In this document: positions 50,251-62,366 of the stretch, piece by piece
Numbering within the stretch: position 1 is the first letter of the stretch
Layout of the letters: each line of letters begins with the position of its first letter
Notes under the pieces: generated by a model
Told to the model about the DNA's origin: nothing
Seen by the model: only the letters and a program-made list of their open reading frames with translations
The model's database searches: none
Assembly: GCF_036321535.1 (NCBI RefSeq)
Contig: NC_087436.1
Coordinates: forward strand, 51,028,001 to 51,092,000
Direction of reading: 5' to 3'
From: Camelus dromedarius
Taxonomy: Eukaryota
Length of the DNA stretch: 64,000 nucleotides
Translations under genes and position numbers: made by a program

Positions 50251-51336
50251 ATGATTTCTCAGAAGAGAATTTCCTCTTTCTTACACAGTGTCTAGGACTA
50301 GACAGGCAATTTCTCAGCTGCTCCCTCCTGCTTTCCGTTTTGAGAATACGTGAATTCTTGACTTTCATGCAACCTCACCAATGTATTGATTTTTAAAATG
50401 TTATCCAGCATTTCAATCAGTTATTTCTATCACTTATCTCATTATAGTTATTTCAATCAGCAACAGCACACTGTGAGAAACACATGAAGTTATTACATAT
50501 TTTAAGATGATTTTCTCCTCCACTTATATCATCTATCATATATATAACTATTAATCCTTTAACCTTTAATTCTATCTTCTTGAATAATTTATTACTTAAA
50601 AAAAGTTTTCATATGACTCTTCCAACAGTTCTATTTCAATGAAACACCTGCTGGCAGTTTTGTCTTGGCTTTCCTCTCAGGCTTGCTGGTATTACTAGGG
50701 CAAGATCTTATTTTCCACTTCCTGCTCAGACCTCAGGCTCTGCATGCACTGACCTATAATTACAGGTCAAGTAATTAGGCTCTCTTGTGCAGTGGCAATC
50801 TGCAAGGGGGCAAGTTTCTGCTCTTGTGGGCTTGTGGTAAACCAACTGGCAATCTGTCAACACCTAGCTGAGGCTTTGGAAGGAAGTCTCTCTTCTCCCA
50901 GATCTCCCTGGGTACAAGCAAGGACTCTTTCCCAGCCTCAGGAGCTAGGAGCAACTCATCTCATGGGTGCAGGTCTCCTCCTTGTTATTTGTCATCAGCT
51001 GGATTAATTTAACCCTCACAAAAGCAAACAAACAAACACATAAACAAGTCATGTAGCTCTTTCCTAAAGGGATTCATAGGTTTCCTAGTACTGTCTTTCC
51101 TAGTACTGGGAACCTTGACATTCAGAACTTTGGTTCAGGAATGCCCAGAACAAAGGAGAATGAGAGCGTGTCTTTCCTCTCAGAGATTCTGGAGACTGTG
51201 ACCTTAAGAACCCTATCCAGGTGTTCCCATGGCCTGCTCCAACTTTTTCTTGTTTGGAGAAGTAGTTGAGAAAGGAGGTTGGGAGGCAAAGTTTAGAGAC
51301 TTGGGCTCAGTTGCCCATCTTCCTTGCAATGCCCTT

Positions 51337-51422
51337 TGTTGTTTTTGTTTTGAATGACGGTACTGGGGATTGAACCCAGGAACTCATACAAGCACACGCT
51401 CTAACACAGAGCTATACCCAGC
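51337..51422 (-). mobile_element. Camelid tRNA-derived SINE
   Basis: ggtactggggattgaacccagga...aagcacacgctcta.cacagagctatacc with a T-rich tail on the left. Confidence 0.8.
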
Positions 51423-52775
51423 CATTTCATAATGTCCTTTAAATCATGTGTCTGCTGTTAGTGACAGGGAGGGTCTGTTTCACCTGAAAGACATGAAAGA
51501 ATGGCAGAGAGATGGTTTGCTATGGAGTGCTGTTATCAAAAGGAGGACCAGGTATGATGCAAGGATACAAACAGCTGATATCTCCAATATTGTAGGACCT
51601 ATAAGCCTTACATAAGATATTTGATATACATAGATGAGGGTTTTAAAAATGTATATATGTGATTTAATTAAATACCAGAAATAGAATTCCATCTGATCAC
51701 ATATTATAAGTTGTTCATATGGTTAATACACTTATTTTGGCTAAGATGTTTTCACTGCAAGGTGTAGAATCCTGACTAAAAATGATTTACCTATTATGGA
51801 ATATTATTAGGTTATGTAGTTGAAAATCCTTAGATAAAGAGGACTTCAGAGTCAATGCAATCGGGACTTCGGGTCTGTTCTTTTCAGAGGCATTTGTTTC
51901 TGCTTTTCTGTCTTTGTGTTAGTGGTTTCCTCCCGCTGACATTCTTCTTGGTCAAAAGATGGCTTCCAGCTATAACATGGACAACATACTTACTTTTTCA
52001 CATTGAGACATTGGTGGGGGGTGGGTGCGGAAGGAAAGAGAGAAAGAGAAAGATATTCTTATGGCTCTTTTAAGATCAGAATTTTCCCAGAAACTTTCAG
52101 TGACTTTTTCTTTAATTCATATTGGCCAGAATTGGGTAATTCAAATATTTCTTTTTTAATGGCTTTATTGATTTACAATTGGCATATGACAAACCACATA
52201 TATTTAAAGTGTATAATTTGATACATTTTGACATATGTATACACTATGCAATCAGCACCACAATCAAGATAGTGACCATATACTTCACTGCCAAACATTT
52301 CTCCATGATCTCTGTAGTCTCCCACTCCCAATCCCCCATTCCTAATCACCTACTAGTTTCTATGACTATAGATTGGTTTGCATTTCCTAGAGTTTTATAA
52401 AAATGGGATAATTCAGTATGTACTCTTTTTAATCTGGTTTCTTTCATTCAGCATGATTATCTTAAAATTTATCCATGTTTTTGTGTGTGTCAATAGTTCA
52501 TTTCTTTTTATAGTTGAGTAGGATTCTGTTATATGAATATACCACAACTTATTTATTCTCTCCTCTGTTGATGGACATTTGGGTTATTTCCAGTTTGGGA
52601 ATATGCAAATAAAGTTACTAAAACATTTGTGTATAACTGTGTGTATAGATATATGCTGTCTTTTTCTCATGGGTAAACACACAGGAATGAAAAGGCTGGA
52701 GCATATGTTTGACATTTGTATAATGTTTTAAGAAACTGCAAGCTGTTCTCCCAAACAGGCTATATTATTTTATGT

Positions 52776-54302
52776 AAAAAATTTTAAATGTGTATGGAAA
52801 CAAAAAAGACCCTGAATAGCCAAAACAACCCTGAGAAAGAAGAACAAAGCTGGAGGAATCAGGCTCCCTGAATTCAGACTATACTACAAAGCTACAGTCA
52901 TCAAAACAGTATGTTACTGGTACAAAAACAGACACATGGATCAGCGGAACTGGATAGAGAACCCAGAAATAAACCCACACACTAATGGTCAATTAATCTA
53001 CAACAAAGGAGGCAAGAACATACAGTTAAGAAAAGACAGTCTCTTCAATAAGTGGTGCTGGGAAAACTGGACAGCTACATGTAAAAGACTGAAATGAAAA
53101 CATTCTCTAACACCATATATAAAAATAAACTCAAAATGGATTAAAGACCTAAACATAAGACCAGATACCGTAAAACTCCTAGAGGAAAACATAGGCAGAA
53201 CAGTCTGACATAAATTGCAGTAATCATTTTTTTTTTTTTTGGATCCATCTCCTAAAGTAATGGAAATAAAAACAAAAATAAACAAATGAGACCTAATTAA
53301 ACTTAAAAGCTTTTGCACAGCAAAGGAAACCATAAACAAAATGAAAAGACAATTTCCAGAATAGGAGAAAATATTTGCAATGCTACAACTGATAAGGGAT
53401 TAATTTCTAAAATATATGAACAGCTCATACATCTCAATATAAAAAAAACCTAGACAACCCAATCAAAAAATGGGCAGAAGACCTAAATAGATATTTCTCC
53501 AAAAGAAGATATACAGATGGCCAACAGGCACATGAAAAAAGATACTCAGTATTCCTAACTATTGGAGAAATACAAATCAAAACTACAAAGAGGTATCTCC
53601 TCACACCGGTCAGAATGGCTATCATTAAAAAGTCTACAAATAATGAAAGCTGGAGAGGGTGTGGAGAAAAGGGAATGCTCCTACACTGTTGGTTGGAATG
53701 TAAATTGGTACAACCACTATGGAGAACTGTACGGAGGTTTCTTAAAAAGCTAAAAACAGACTTACCATATGATCCAGCAATCCCACTCCTGGGCATATAT
53801 CCAGAAAAGATGAAAACTCTAATTCAGAAAGATACATGCACCCCCAACGTTCATGGAAGTACTATTTACGATAGCTGAGACTTGGAAGCAACCGAAATGT
53901 CCACTAACAGATGAATGGATAAAGAAGATGTGGTATATATACACAATGGAATATTACTCAGCCATAAAAAGAATAAGATAATGCCATTTGCAGCAACATG
54001 GATGGACTTAGAGATTTTCATACTAAGTGAAGTAAGTCAGACAAGGACAAATATAATGATATCATTTATAAGTGGAATCTAAAAGATGAAACAAATGAAC
54101 TTATTTACAAAACAGAAATTGACTCACAGACAGAAAACAAACTTCTGGTTTCCAAAGGGGAGAGGTGGGTAGAGATAATTTAGGAGTCTGAGATTAACAG
54201 ATACATACTGCTATGTATAAAATAGATAAACAAGGACCTACTCTATTGCACAGGGAACTATAGTCAGTATCTTGTAATAACCTAAATGGAAAGGAATCTA
54301 AA

Positions 54303-54336
<34 letters not shown>

Positions 54337-54423
54337 CTGAATCACTTTGCTGTATACCTGAAATTAACACAACACTGTAATCAACTTTACTTCAATTTAA
54401 AAAAATGAAAAAAAGGGTGAAAA
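52776..54423 (+). mobile_element. Younger artiodactyl/camelid L1, 5'-truncated (ORF2 C-terminal part, 3' UTR, A tail); frameshifted, with stops
   Basis: Translates in pieces to L1 ORF2 ([38 protein letters not shown] and [14 protein letters not shown] motifs in ORF 53615..53878); (TG)n in the 3' UTR at 54306-54334. Confidence 0.95.
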
Positions 54424-56294
54424 AAGAAACTGCAACTGTTCTCCCAAACAGGCTACATTACTTATGTTCCCATCAGCAGCTTATGAGAATTTTAGTTCAA
54501 TAATATTCTTGCAATACTTGTTATGGACACTCTTTTTTTTAATTTTAGTCATTCTAATTGGTATGTATGATGCTATCTCAGTGTAATTCACTTTGCATCA
54601 CTCTAAAGTCTAATAATGATGTACATCTTCTCACATGCTTGTTTTTCATTTGATGTAATGCATGTTCAAGTATTTTCTCTATTTTCATTGTGTTGTTTTT
54701 TATTATTGAATTTTGAATTTGTTTATATTCTGGCTAAAAGCCAGAATTTTGAGAGTTCTTTATATATTCTAGACACTTGTCCTTTGTTGCCTGTGTGGTT
54801 TGCAAATATATTTTTCCAGGCAATAGTTTGATTTCTTTTTCATCCTCTTAACTGAATCTTTTACAGAGCAAAAGTTTTAAATTTTGATCAAGTCCAATGT
54901 ATTGCTTTTTCCTTTCATAGGTTGTTCTTTTGCAAGTCTTAGACCACTTGGTCTAGTTCTAGATCCCAAGGATTTTCTACTAGTTTTAAAAAAGCTTTAG
55001 AGTTTACATTTTATATTTAAGTCCATGATGCATTTTGAGTTAAGTTTTAACTTAAGACAGGCTCAGTTTTTGCTTATAGAAGTCTAATCGCTCCAGCACC
55101 ATTTGTTGAAGAAGCTATCTTTCCTCCACTGAATTGCTTACGCACCTTTGTCAAAAATCAGCTGGACGTATTTCTGTGATTTTATCCCTGGGTTATCTAA
55201 TCTTTTTCATTGATCAATGCATTTATCCTGCTGCCAATAGCTCACAATCTTAATTACATTAGCTATAAAACGTCTTGAAATTGGGTAGATGGTTCCTCCC
55301 ACTTAATTCTTCTCTTTCAAAATTGCTTTAACCATTCTAATTCCTTTGCCTTTCCATATATGTTTTTAGAATATTTTTGTCCTTTAATTTTTGTTATTTT
55401 AGTTCTTTTGTCTTTCTGTTAAATTTTGGAATAATTAGATCTATATCTACTACAGTTTTGCTGACACTTTGATAGGAATTGCATTAAACTTGTATATTAA
55501 TTTCAGGAGAATTGACATATTTACTATGTTTTCCAATCCATGAACATGATGTGTCTCTCCATTTATTAGCTTTACTTTGTTTCATCAGCATTTTGTAGTT
55601 AAGGCATACATGTAAAAATTTTCTAGATTTACACCTAAGTATTTCACTTTTTTGAGTAATTGTAGAAAGTATTATGTTTTTAATTTCAGTGTCCATGTGT
55701 TCCTTGTTAGTATATAGAAATAACTGATTTTTTTAAAAAGTATATCTTGTATCCTGTAACTTTGCTAAACTCATTTATTAGTTCTAGGAGTTCTTTGTAG
55801 ATTCATTGGAATTCTCTATGTAAACAAACTTGTCACCTGCATATGGGGACAGTTTTATTTCATCCTCTTTGGCCTGTATGCCTTTTATTTGTTTTCTGAA
55901 TTTACTGCGCCAGTTAGAACTTGTCACAGTATGTTAAATAAAAGTGCTGAGAGTGGGATCTTTGCCTTGCTCCCGATCTTAGGAGGAAAGCATTCAATCT
56001 GTCATCAGGTGCGATGGTAGCTAAGATTTTTACTGATGCTTTTTAGTAAGCTGAGGAAGTTCTCCTCCATTCCTGTTTTTCTGAGTTTTTTTTTTTTAAA
56101 TCATAAATGGGTATTGAATTTTGCCAAATGTTTTTGCTGCATCAATTGATACTCATATGATTTCTTTTCTTCTTTAGTCTTTTATATGGTGGATTACATT
56201 GATTGATTTGTAAATATTAAAGTGGACTTGGATCCCAGGAGTAAATCCCACTTGCTAATGGCATATAACTCTTTTTATATATTGCTGAGTCTTT

Positions 56295-56510
56295 TTTGTT
56301 GTTGTTATTTTTATTTTTAAAGTATAACTACAACGTTGTGATAGTTTCTCGTGTACAGCATAGTGATTTAGTCACAGATATTCTTTTTCAATATAGGTTA
56401 TTACAAAGTATTAAATATCATTCCCTGTGCTGTATAGTAAGACCTTGTTATCTATTTCATATACAGTAGTAGTTAGCAAATCCTGAACTCCCAGTTTATC
56501 CCTCCTCACC
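56295..56510 (-). mobile_element. Short artiodactyl-type L1 3' end
   Basis: gtgtacagcatagtgatt...ttccctgtgctgtatagta...ctcccagtttatccctc; 15-bp TSD tattgct(g/a)agtcttt at 56280-56294 and 56511-56525. Confidence 0.85.
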
Positions 56511-57789
56511 TATTGCTAAGTCTTTCTGGTAAAATTTTCATGTCCATATTTATGAAAGCTAGTCATCTATAGTTTTCTGTTTTTATACTTTGTCTGGTTC
56601 TGGTATCAGGGTAATACTAGCTTCATAAAATGGATTAAGAAGTGTTCTTTCCTCTTCTATTTTCTGAAAAAAAAAAGTGTAGAATTTGATGTTAATTCTT
56701 CTTTTGACTTTTGGTAGAATTCTCCAGAGAAATCATCTGAGTGTGGAGATTTCTTTTTTGGAAGTTTTAAATTGATTAATTCAATTTTATTAGTAATGAT
56801 ACAGCTATTCAAACTATTTTATAGTAGGTGAGTATGGTAATTTGCATTTTTCAAGGAATTGATCTTTTTCATCCACACAATCAAATTTATGTGTATAGAG
56901 CTGTTCCCTTATTTCCTTTTGATGTCTTCAACGTCTCTAATGATACCCCTATTTTATTCTTGATTTATCTGTTTGTCTCCTTTGGATTACAGTTTTGTCA
57001 TGGGTAAAATGAGAAGCTTTAACCAGTTAAGATCCCTTTATCTCTAAAGAGCTACCACACTGTAAACAACTGGGATCCAGAACAACATATGTTTGTACTC
57101 ATCTTAAGTGGAATATTTATTTCTAGTCTCCCTCTTATAAAGCATTCATGACATATTTGAAGTTGGAATTCAAAGTTTTACAACAATACTCTAGAGATTC
57201 TTTAGAGTTTTGATTTTAAAACAAACAAACAAACAAACAAACAAAAAAAACCCCTAATAACAAAGAAGCAGTAAAGAGTTAAAAAGCTGCTTTAAAAATA
57301 TCAGTTATTTTACAGATTAACCTACTTTATCATTTTATAGGGATAATTTAATAATTTGTTGCCAATAACTTTAAATTTGGGCTTTAATGGAAAGGATGTG
57401 AGTAGTAAGCTGTACTCCTACAGTTAGCATCTTTTTATCAACAAGCTTAAATACTGCTGAAGGAAGGAAGTTGAATACAGGAAATAACTCATTTAATGAT
57501 GTGATGCACTGAAGAAATACTATCTCTACCATCAGAACCAGCATCACAGACTTAGATCAAGCATTTCTCTATGAGGCCATTAATACCAGATCAAAAACTT
57601 TGTGTTGATTTACCTGAATTGGTTGTACTATCAATTGCTTTCTTGTATATATTACTAGTGAGATTTGTTGGCAATTTGTGTGGGCCATCTGAAAATGCTT
57701 GTTGCACTAAAATTTACATGCAGGAAAAGGTCCAGTTGTTGTGGTGGTGGCTATATTCATACAACTGTAGGATCCTTCGCTAGACAAGG

Positions 57790-58040
57790 CGTCATGATGT
57801 AGGAAAGAGTATGGAACTTGGAGTCAAAATTATCTGATTATGAACCTTTGTGCTGCAACGTGTTAACAGTATGATTTGGGCAAGTTACTTAAGCTCACTG
57901 AACTTCAATTTCTTTACAAAAAGAAAGGTAGTTGGTAGTAATTATATTATGGTGTCATGAGAATTAGAAAAAGCTTAATTAAAGTGCCCGCCATAGTGCC
58001 TGTCTGATAATAAACATTCAATAAGTGGTAGCTGTTATTT
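57790..58040 (+). mobile_element. MIR SINE
   Basis: ggaaagagtatggaacttggagtca...atttgggcaagttacttaagctcactgaacttcaatttc...cattcaataagtggtagct. Confidence 0.8.
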
Positions 58041-60068
58041 TTGCTCTTCAACAATAAGAACAAGAATGATAAGAAGAAAAAGAAATTAAATATTCATTTT
58101 CAGCAGTACTTTAAATATTGAACTAGAGTTTTAAATTTAAATGACATCTGACCAGCAGTTTTAATAATTCTCTGAATTCCTCACAAAAACATTTATGAAG
58201 ACACAGAAAAAGGATGAACACTCATACCAATGAAACCTAAACCTGACAGCTTTTTTTAGGTTATTCAAAGAATAATCACAACATAGTCATGCTCTCAATT
58301 CATGGCCAAGTGGGTAGTTTTGTTTTGTTTGTTTTAAAATTCTTTTTCCTCTTGAAATGGAATAAACTTACTACCTTGAAAGTAGTTGGAAAAACCTACC
58401 ATCTACTCCACTCTCAGAAAAAAAAAATTTAAGTTCTGTACCAATGGATAAAAGTGGGGAGGACTGTCCCACCATAACCCAGGCATTTCTTTGGAGGCAT
58501 TCAGAGGATTGTTCTACCCTGACCCCAACCTCCTTCCTGTTCCACTAGCATCTGTCTTTATATATCAAATTTGAAACTGCAACGTTTATGTATCCATTTA
58601 GAAACAACAAGACAGGATATATAGTTTTCTGGTGATCGGTTTGGGCAGATGGGTAGTGAGGACAATAGTGGCTCATTATATACAGAGAAATGTAGTCCTT
58701 AAAAAAATGAGTGTAGCTAGGGTGGATATTGGGAGAGCACCGGGCTGTGGATTTTGTATATTTTTGTGGGACTAGAGGGTCAATGAAATTGGTAGTCTTG
58801 GTCTGAAGGACTCAACTCAAGCCAATAAAATTAGAAAATTAAGACAGTACATTTGCATATCAGGCTGCCTCCCAGAAAGGAATGCTATTAACCCCAAAGA
58901 AGAGACAAAGGTGGGATTATGGACAAGTAGGACTCCGACAGTTGGCATTTACAATGACTGGGGAAACACATTTTCCTTATTCAATGAAATTAGAGATGGA
59001 GAAGAAAAAAGCATTAATGTGTGCTGTTAGGAAGAAAATGAAGACGAGACAAGAAGAAGCCAATTTTTTCCTCTGAAGATTTAGAAAGAGCTAATATTTT
59101 CTAAGTGATTTGCTACTAGAACACTAGAACCAGGAGAACGTTTTGGAAAAAATTTTGATAGAGAAATTAAAATGCCAGGAAATAACATAAAACTAAAGAA
59201 GGGAATGCAAATTAGCCTAAAGAGATAGCAGCATGGGATGTGCCAGAGAAGCATGCTGGACGTGAAATCAACTGCTTGAGATGAGGAAATTGTCAAGAAA
59301 ATGAAAAACCCAATAGAATTAAAACCAACAATGCAGTCATTAAAGGCAGACTTGATTTAACAGAAAATTGAATCAGTGATGTGGCAGAATTGCTTGAAAA
59401 AGTTTTTCCAGAATGTAAAGGAAGAAAAAAATATAGAAGAGAAGACAGTAGGTATAAAGGATAGAGATCAATGACCCACATTTAAAATGATAGGTTTTCA
59501 GAGTAAGAAATCAGAAGCAAAAGTCAAAGATTAAAAATTGGCAAAAACCAAACAATCAACAGTTTTCCGAGCAGAAAAAAGACACCCTAAGGCTATGTCG
59601 GTTTAAAACACTTACCATGTTGCAAAGAAAATTAGCAGAGAGAGAAGCATATTCTGGTAAAAATTTCAGTTTTAAGGACAAAGAGAAATAATTTTAAACA
59701 TTTTAATATAATCGCTTTGAAATAAAACATGTCACCTATAAAACCAAAATTGGTAGACTTGAGAATTTTCTTTTACAGTAGTAAATACCAGCTTACAATA
59801 GAATCTTTTCTACAGAATTTTTAAAGGATAAAATTGTGCCCCAAGAATTCTCCATCTACTCAAGTTTTTGTTTATCTGCAAAGGCAGCACAAGGACACTT
59901 AAAAATATATGATGGCTTAGAAAGCACACTATCCACATCCTTCTTGTTAAAAAAATTACTTTAAGACACATTTCAGATCACTGCGAATTTAATAAAAATT
60001 TAAAAGTGTTGTTATGCTATAAAAAGACTTAACAGTGTGCACTGAAATGATTCAAACATAAAACTAGG

Positions 60069-60603
60069 TATATTAGGATTCTCCAGAGTGGAAGGGGGAG
60101 CTCTAACAAGAGATTACATATATTTATTTAATGACCCTATCCAAATTTATATATATGTTTATATGTTTATGTGTATATAAAAATGAGGAGTTGGCTCATG
60201 CAATTATGAAGGCTGAGAAGTCCCAAGACCTGTAGTCAGCAAGCTGGAGACCCAAGAAAGCCAATGGTACAGTTCCAGTCTGAGTTTGAAGGCCTGGGAA
60301 ACAGGAGGGCTGATGATGTAAGTCCCAGTTCCAGTCCTGGGCAGGAGAAGACTGATGTCCCAGCTTGAAGACAGGCAAAGAGAGCAAATTTTCCCATACT
60401 CAACATTTCCCTCTGTTCAGGCCTTCAGTGGATTGGATGAAGCTTATCTGCATTGGTGAGGACACCCTGCTTTACTCAGTCTGCTGAGTCAAATGTTAAT
60501 TTTATCCAGAAACACCCTCCCAGACCCACCCAGAATAATGTTTAATCAAATATGGGGGCACCCTGTTATCCAGTCAAGTTTACACATAAAATGAACTATC
60601 CCA
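60069..60603 (-). mobile_element. MLT2B-like ERVL LTR
   Basis: attaggattctccagag...ttggctcatgcaattatgaaggctgagaagtccc...ccagaaacaccctc.cagac.cacccagaa...ccagtcaagtt.acacataaaat; near-TSD ctagg/ctaag. Confidence 0.9.
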
Positions 60604-61434
60604 CTAAGATTAAATAATCGCTGCATGTTTGGTCATTTAAAAAATGAATGCAAGTGTCAGAAATTGTTCCTAAAAGAGAATAATGTAAAGATTATACATA
60701 AAAATAAATCAACAATGTGAGTCTAAATATCCAGATAATATGAATAAAAACTGAGTCAGTTAGAAGAATATAAACTCAGAGAAAGTTAAAAAAAGTTTAA
60801 TTAAAAAAATCTTGTGTGAAAGTGAGTAAAGAATAGAAAAGGACTTTTAGACACTGAGTATCAATAGAACTTACAACAGGATTGAAATCTTCCAAATTTG
60901 TAGAAGATAAAATCAGCCCAAACAGCAAATAACAGAAAACAGAGGAAGTGGCATAAAAGCCTTAAAAAAAGAAAAAAGGCACAACCCAAGATAGTATGAA
61001 ATGATATACGGCACATATCAGTTCTGATAATAAACTTAAAAAGGTTATATTCTCCAATTAAAGTAAAGTTTTGCCAAATAAGGAGGTTCAGAATGGTATC
61101 TCTATATTGCTCTCAAGGGGTACTTTTAAAACCAAACACGAATTTTAGTAAGAGGATGGACAAAGACTTCTAAGGTGAGTTGAAAAAAGAGATGGAGTTA
61201 ATAATTTTAGACAATGTAGCTATCAAGGGTCCAAATATGAAAAGGTTAAAAAGAAAGTCAGTTTTATCATGTGCACTGCACTGCACAACCAAGTTATAAG
61301 AATCATAACCCTTTATGCACTGACTAAAATAGCATGAACATACGGAGTCAAACGTTGTTAGGAGAAAAAGAAAGGTACAGAAATGTACAGTTGCAGGAAA
61401 ATTTGATGTTATCTCGGGCTTTGTAAGACAGAGT

Positions 61435-62366
61435 GGTCACTTATGTTGTCTGCCCCACATGATTTCCTTTGGGAAGCGCCCCTCCCTGCACTGGTCAGAC
61501 CGTTTTTGGGGGTGTCGGTCACGAGGTTGCCTCTTGGCTTTCACAGGACTGGGCACATTTATCGGATGCTTGATGTCTCACTCACATTTCTTTGGATCCC
61601 TTATTATCCATTCTGTGAGTCCTCCCCCAGCTTTTGTGTGCTTAGTCGCTAAGGCTTTGTACTTGAGCCCTTCAGAGAAGGGCCCTCGGGCACCGAACCT
61701 GCCTTGTCCACACGGAGAGCGGAAAGGGCCTGGACGTTTTACAGCCTCCCCATCTCCCCACACTGCGGCTCCTTCGCTGGAGGCGCGCAATCCTGGAGGT
61801 GTAACTTACTTCCAGAGCTCCGTTCTCAGGCTTTGGGGACTGTAGGCTTCCTCCCCTTCTCATTCCGCTCCCCCCACTCTCTGACTGTTTTCTCCTGAAG
61901 CGTGTCCTTAGTAAATTACTCTCAAAGCGGTTCTTGACTCAGATCGGCCGCTGTGACATCCCCGCTGAGATGGCGCGCGATCTAAACTGACCAATCATAG
62001 TGTCCCAAGGCTTGTGCCTAGACGGGCGACTTACCTGGACTGTATCAGAGTTCTTCATCTTGTCTGGATAAGGTGCTGGGAGAGTGTCTATTCCTGTGAT
62101 TAAGCAGGGAAGGACCCGTTAGCCTGGATTCCCAGTAGCTGTCTTGTTGCCCCACAGAGCCTGCCTGAGGAGCGAAACCGTCAACCAAATCTAAGGGGTA
62201 AGAAAGATGCTACCAGCCCCAATATTTCCACCCCTAGACTCAGCCTTTGCTGGAGAAGTTTATACTTTAGAAATCCCAGTTATATTAGCTCACCAGGTCT
62301 TTGAATGAATTATGTTAGTTTAAATTGGGTTTCTGTTACTTGCAAGGAAAAGATTCTTAACAACGC
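61435..62366 (+). mobile_element. Composite old LTR region (MLT1K/L-like with a probable nested ERVL LTR at ~61505-61950)
   Basis: Ends in ttagtttaaattgggtttctgttacttgcaa..aaaagattcttaac, typical of old MLT1; the middle part is GC- and CpG-richer. Confidence 0.5.

Larger units (their letters stand above)
52150..56960 (-). mobile_element. L1MA/L1MB-like element (3' UTR plus decayed ORF2), interrupted by two younger L1 insertions
   Basis: tttattgatttacaattggcatat...gttgatggacatttgggttatttccagtttgg...; continues after 54424 with ccagcaccatttgttgaa and ttgataggaattgcattaaac. Confidence 0.88.

Noticed and set aside
51081..51108. 13-bp direct repeat tttcctagtactg
   Set aside because: A simple local slippage duplication with no other support.
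52998..53878. ORFs of 113, 120 and 87 aa
   Set aside because: They are sense and antisense fragments of a frameshifted L1 ORF2, not host genes.
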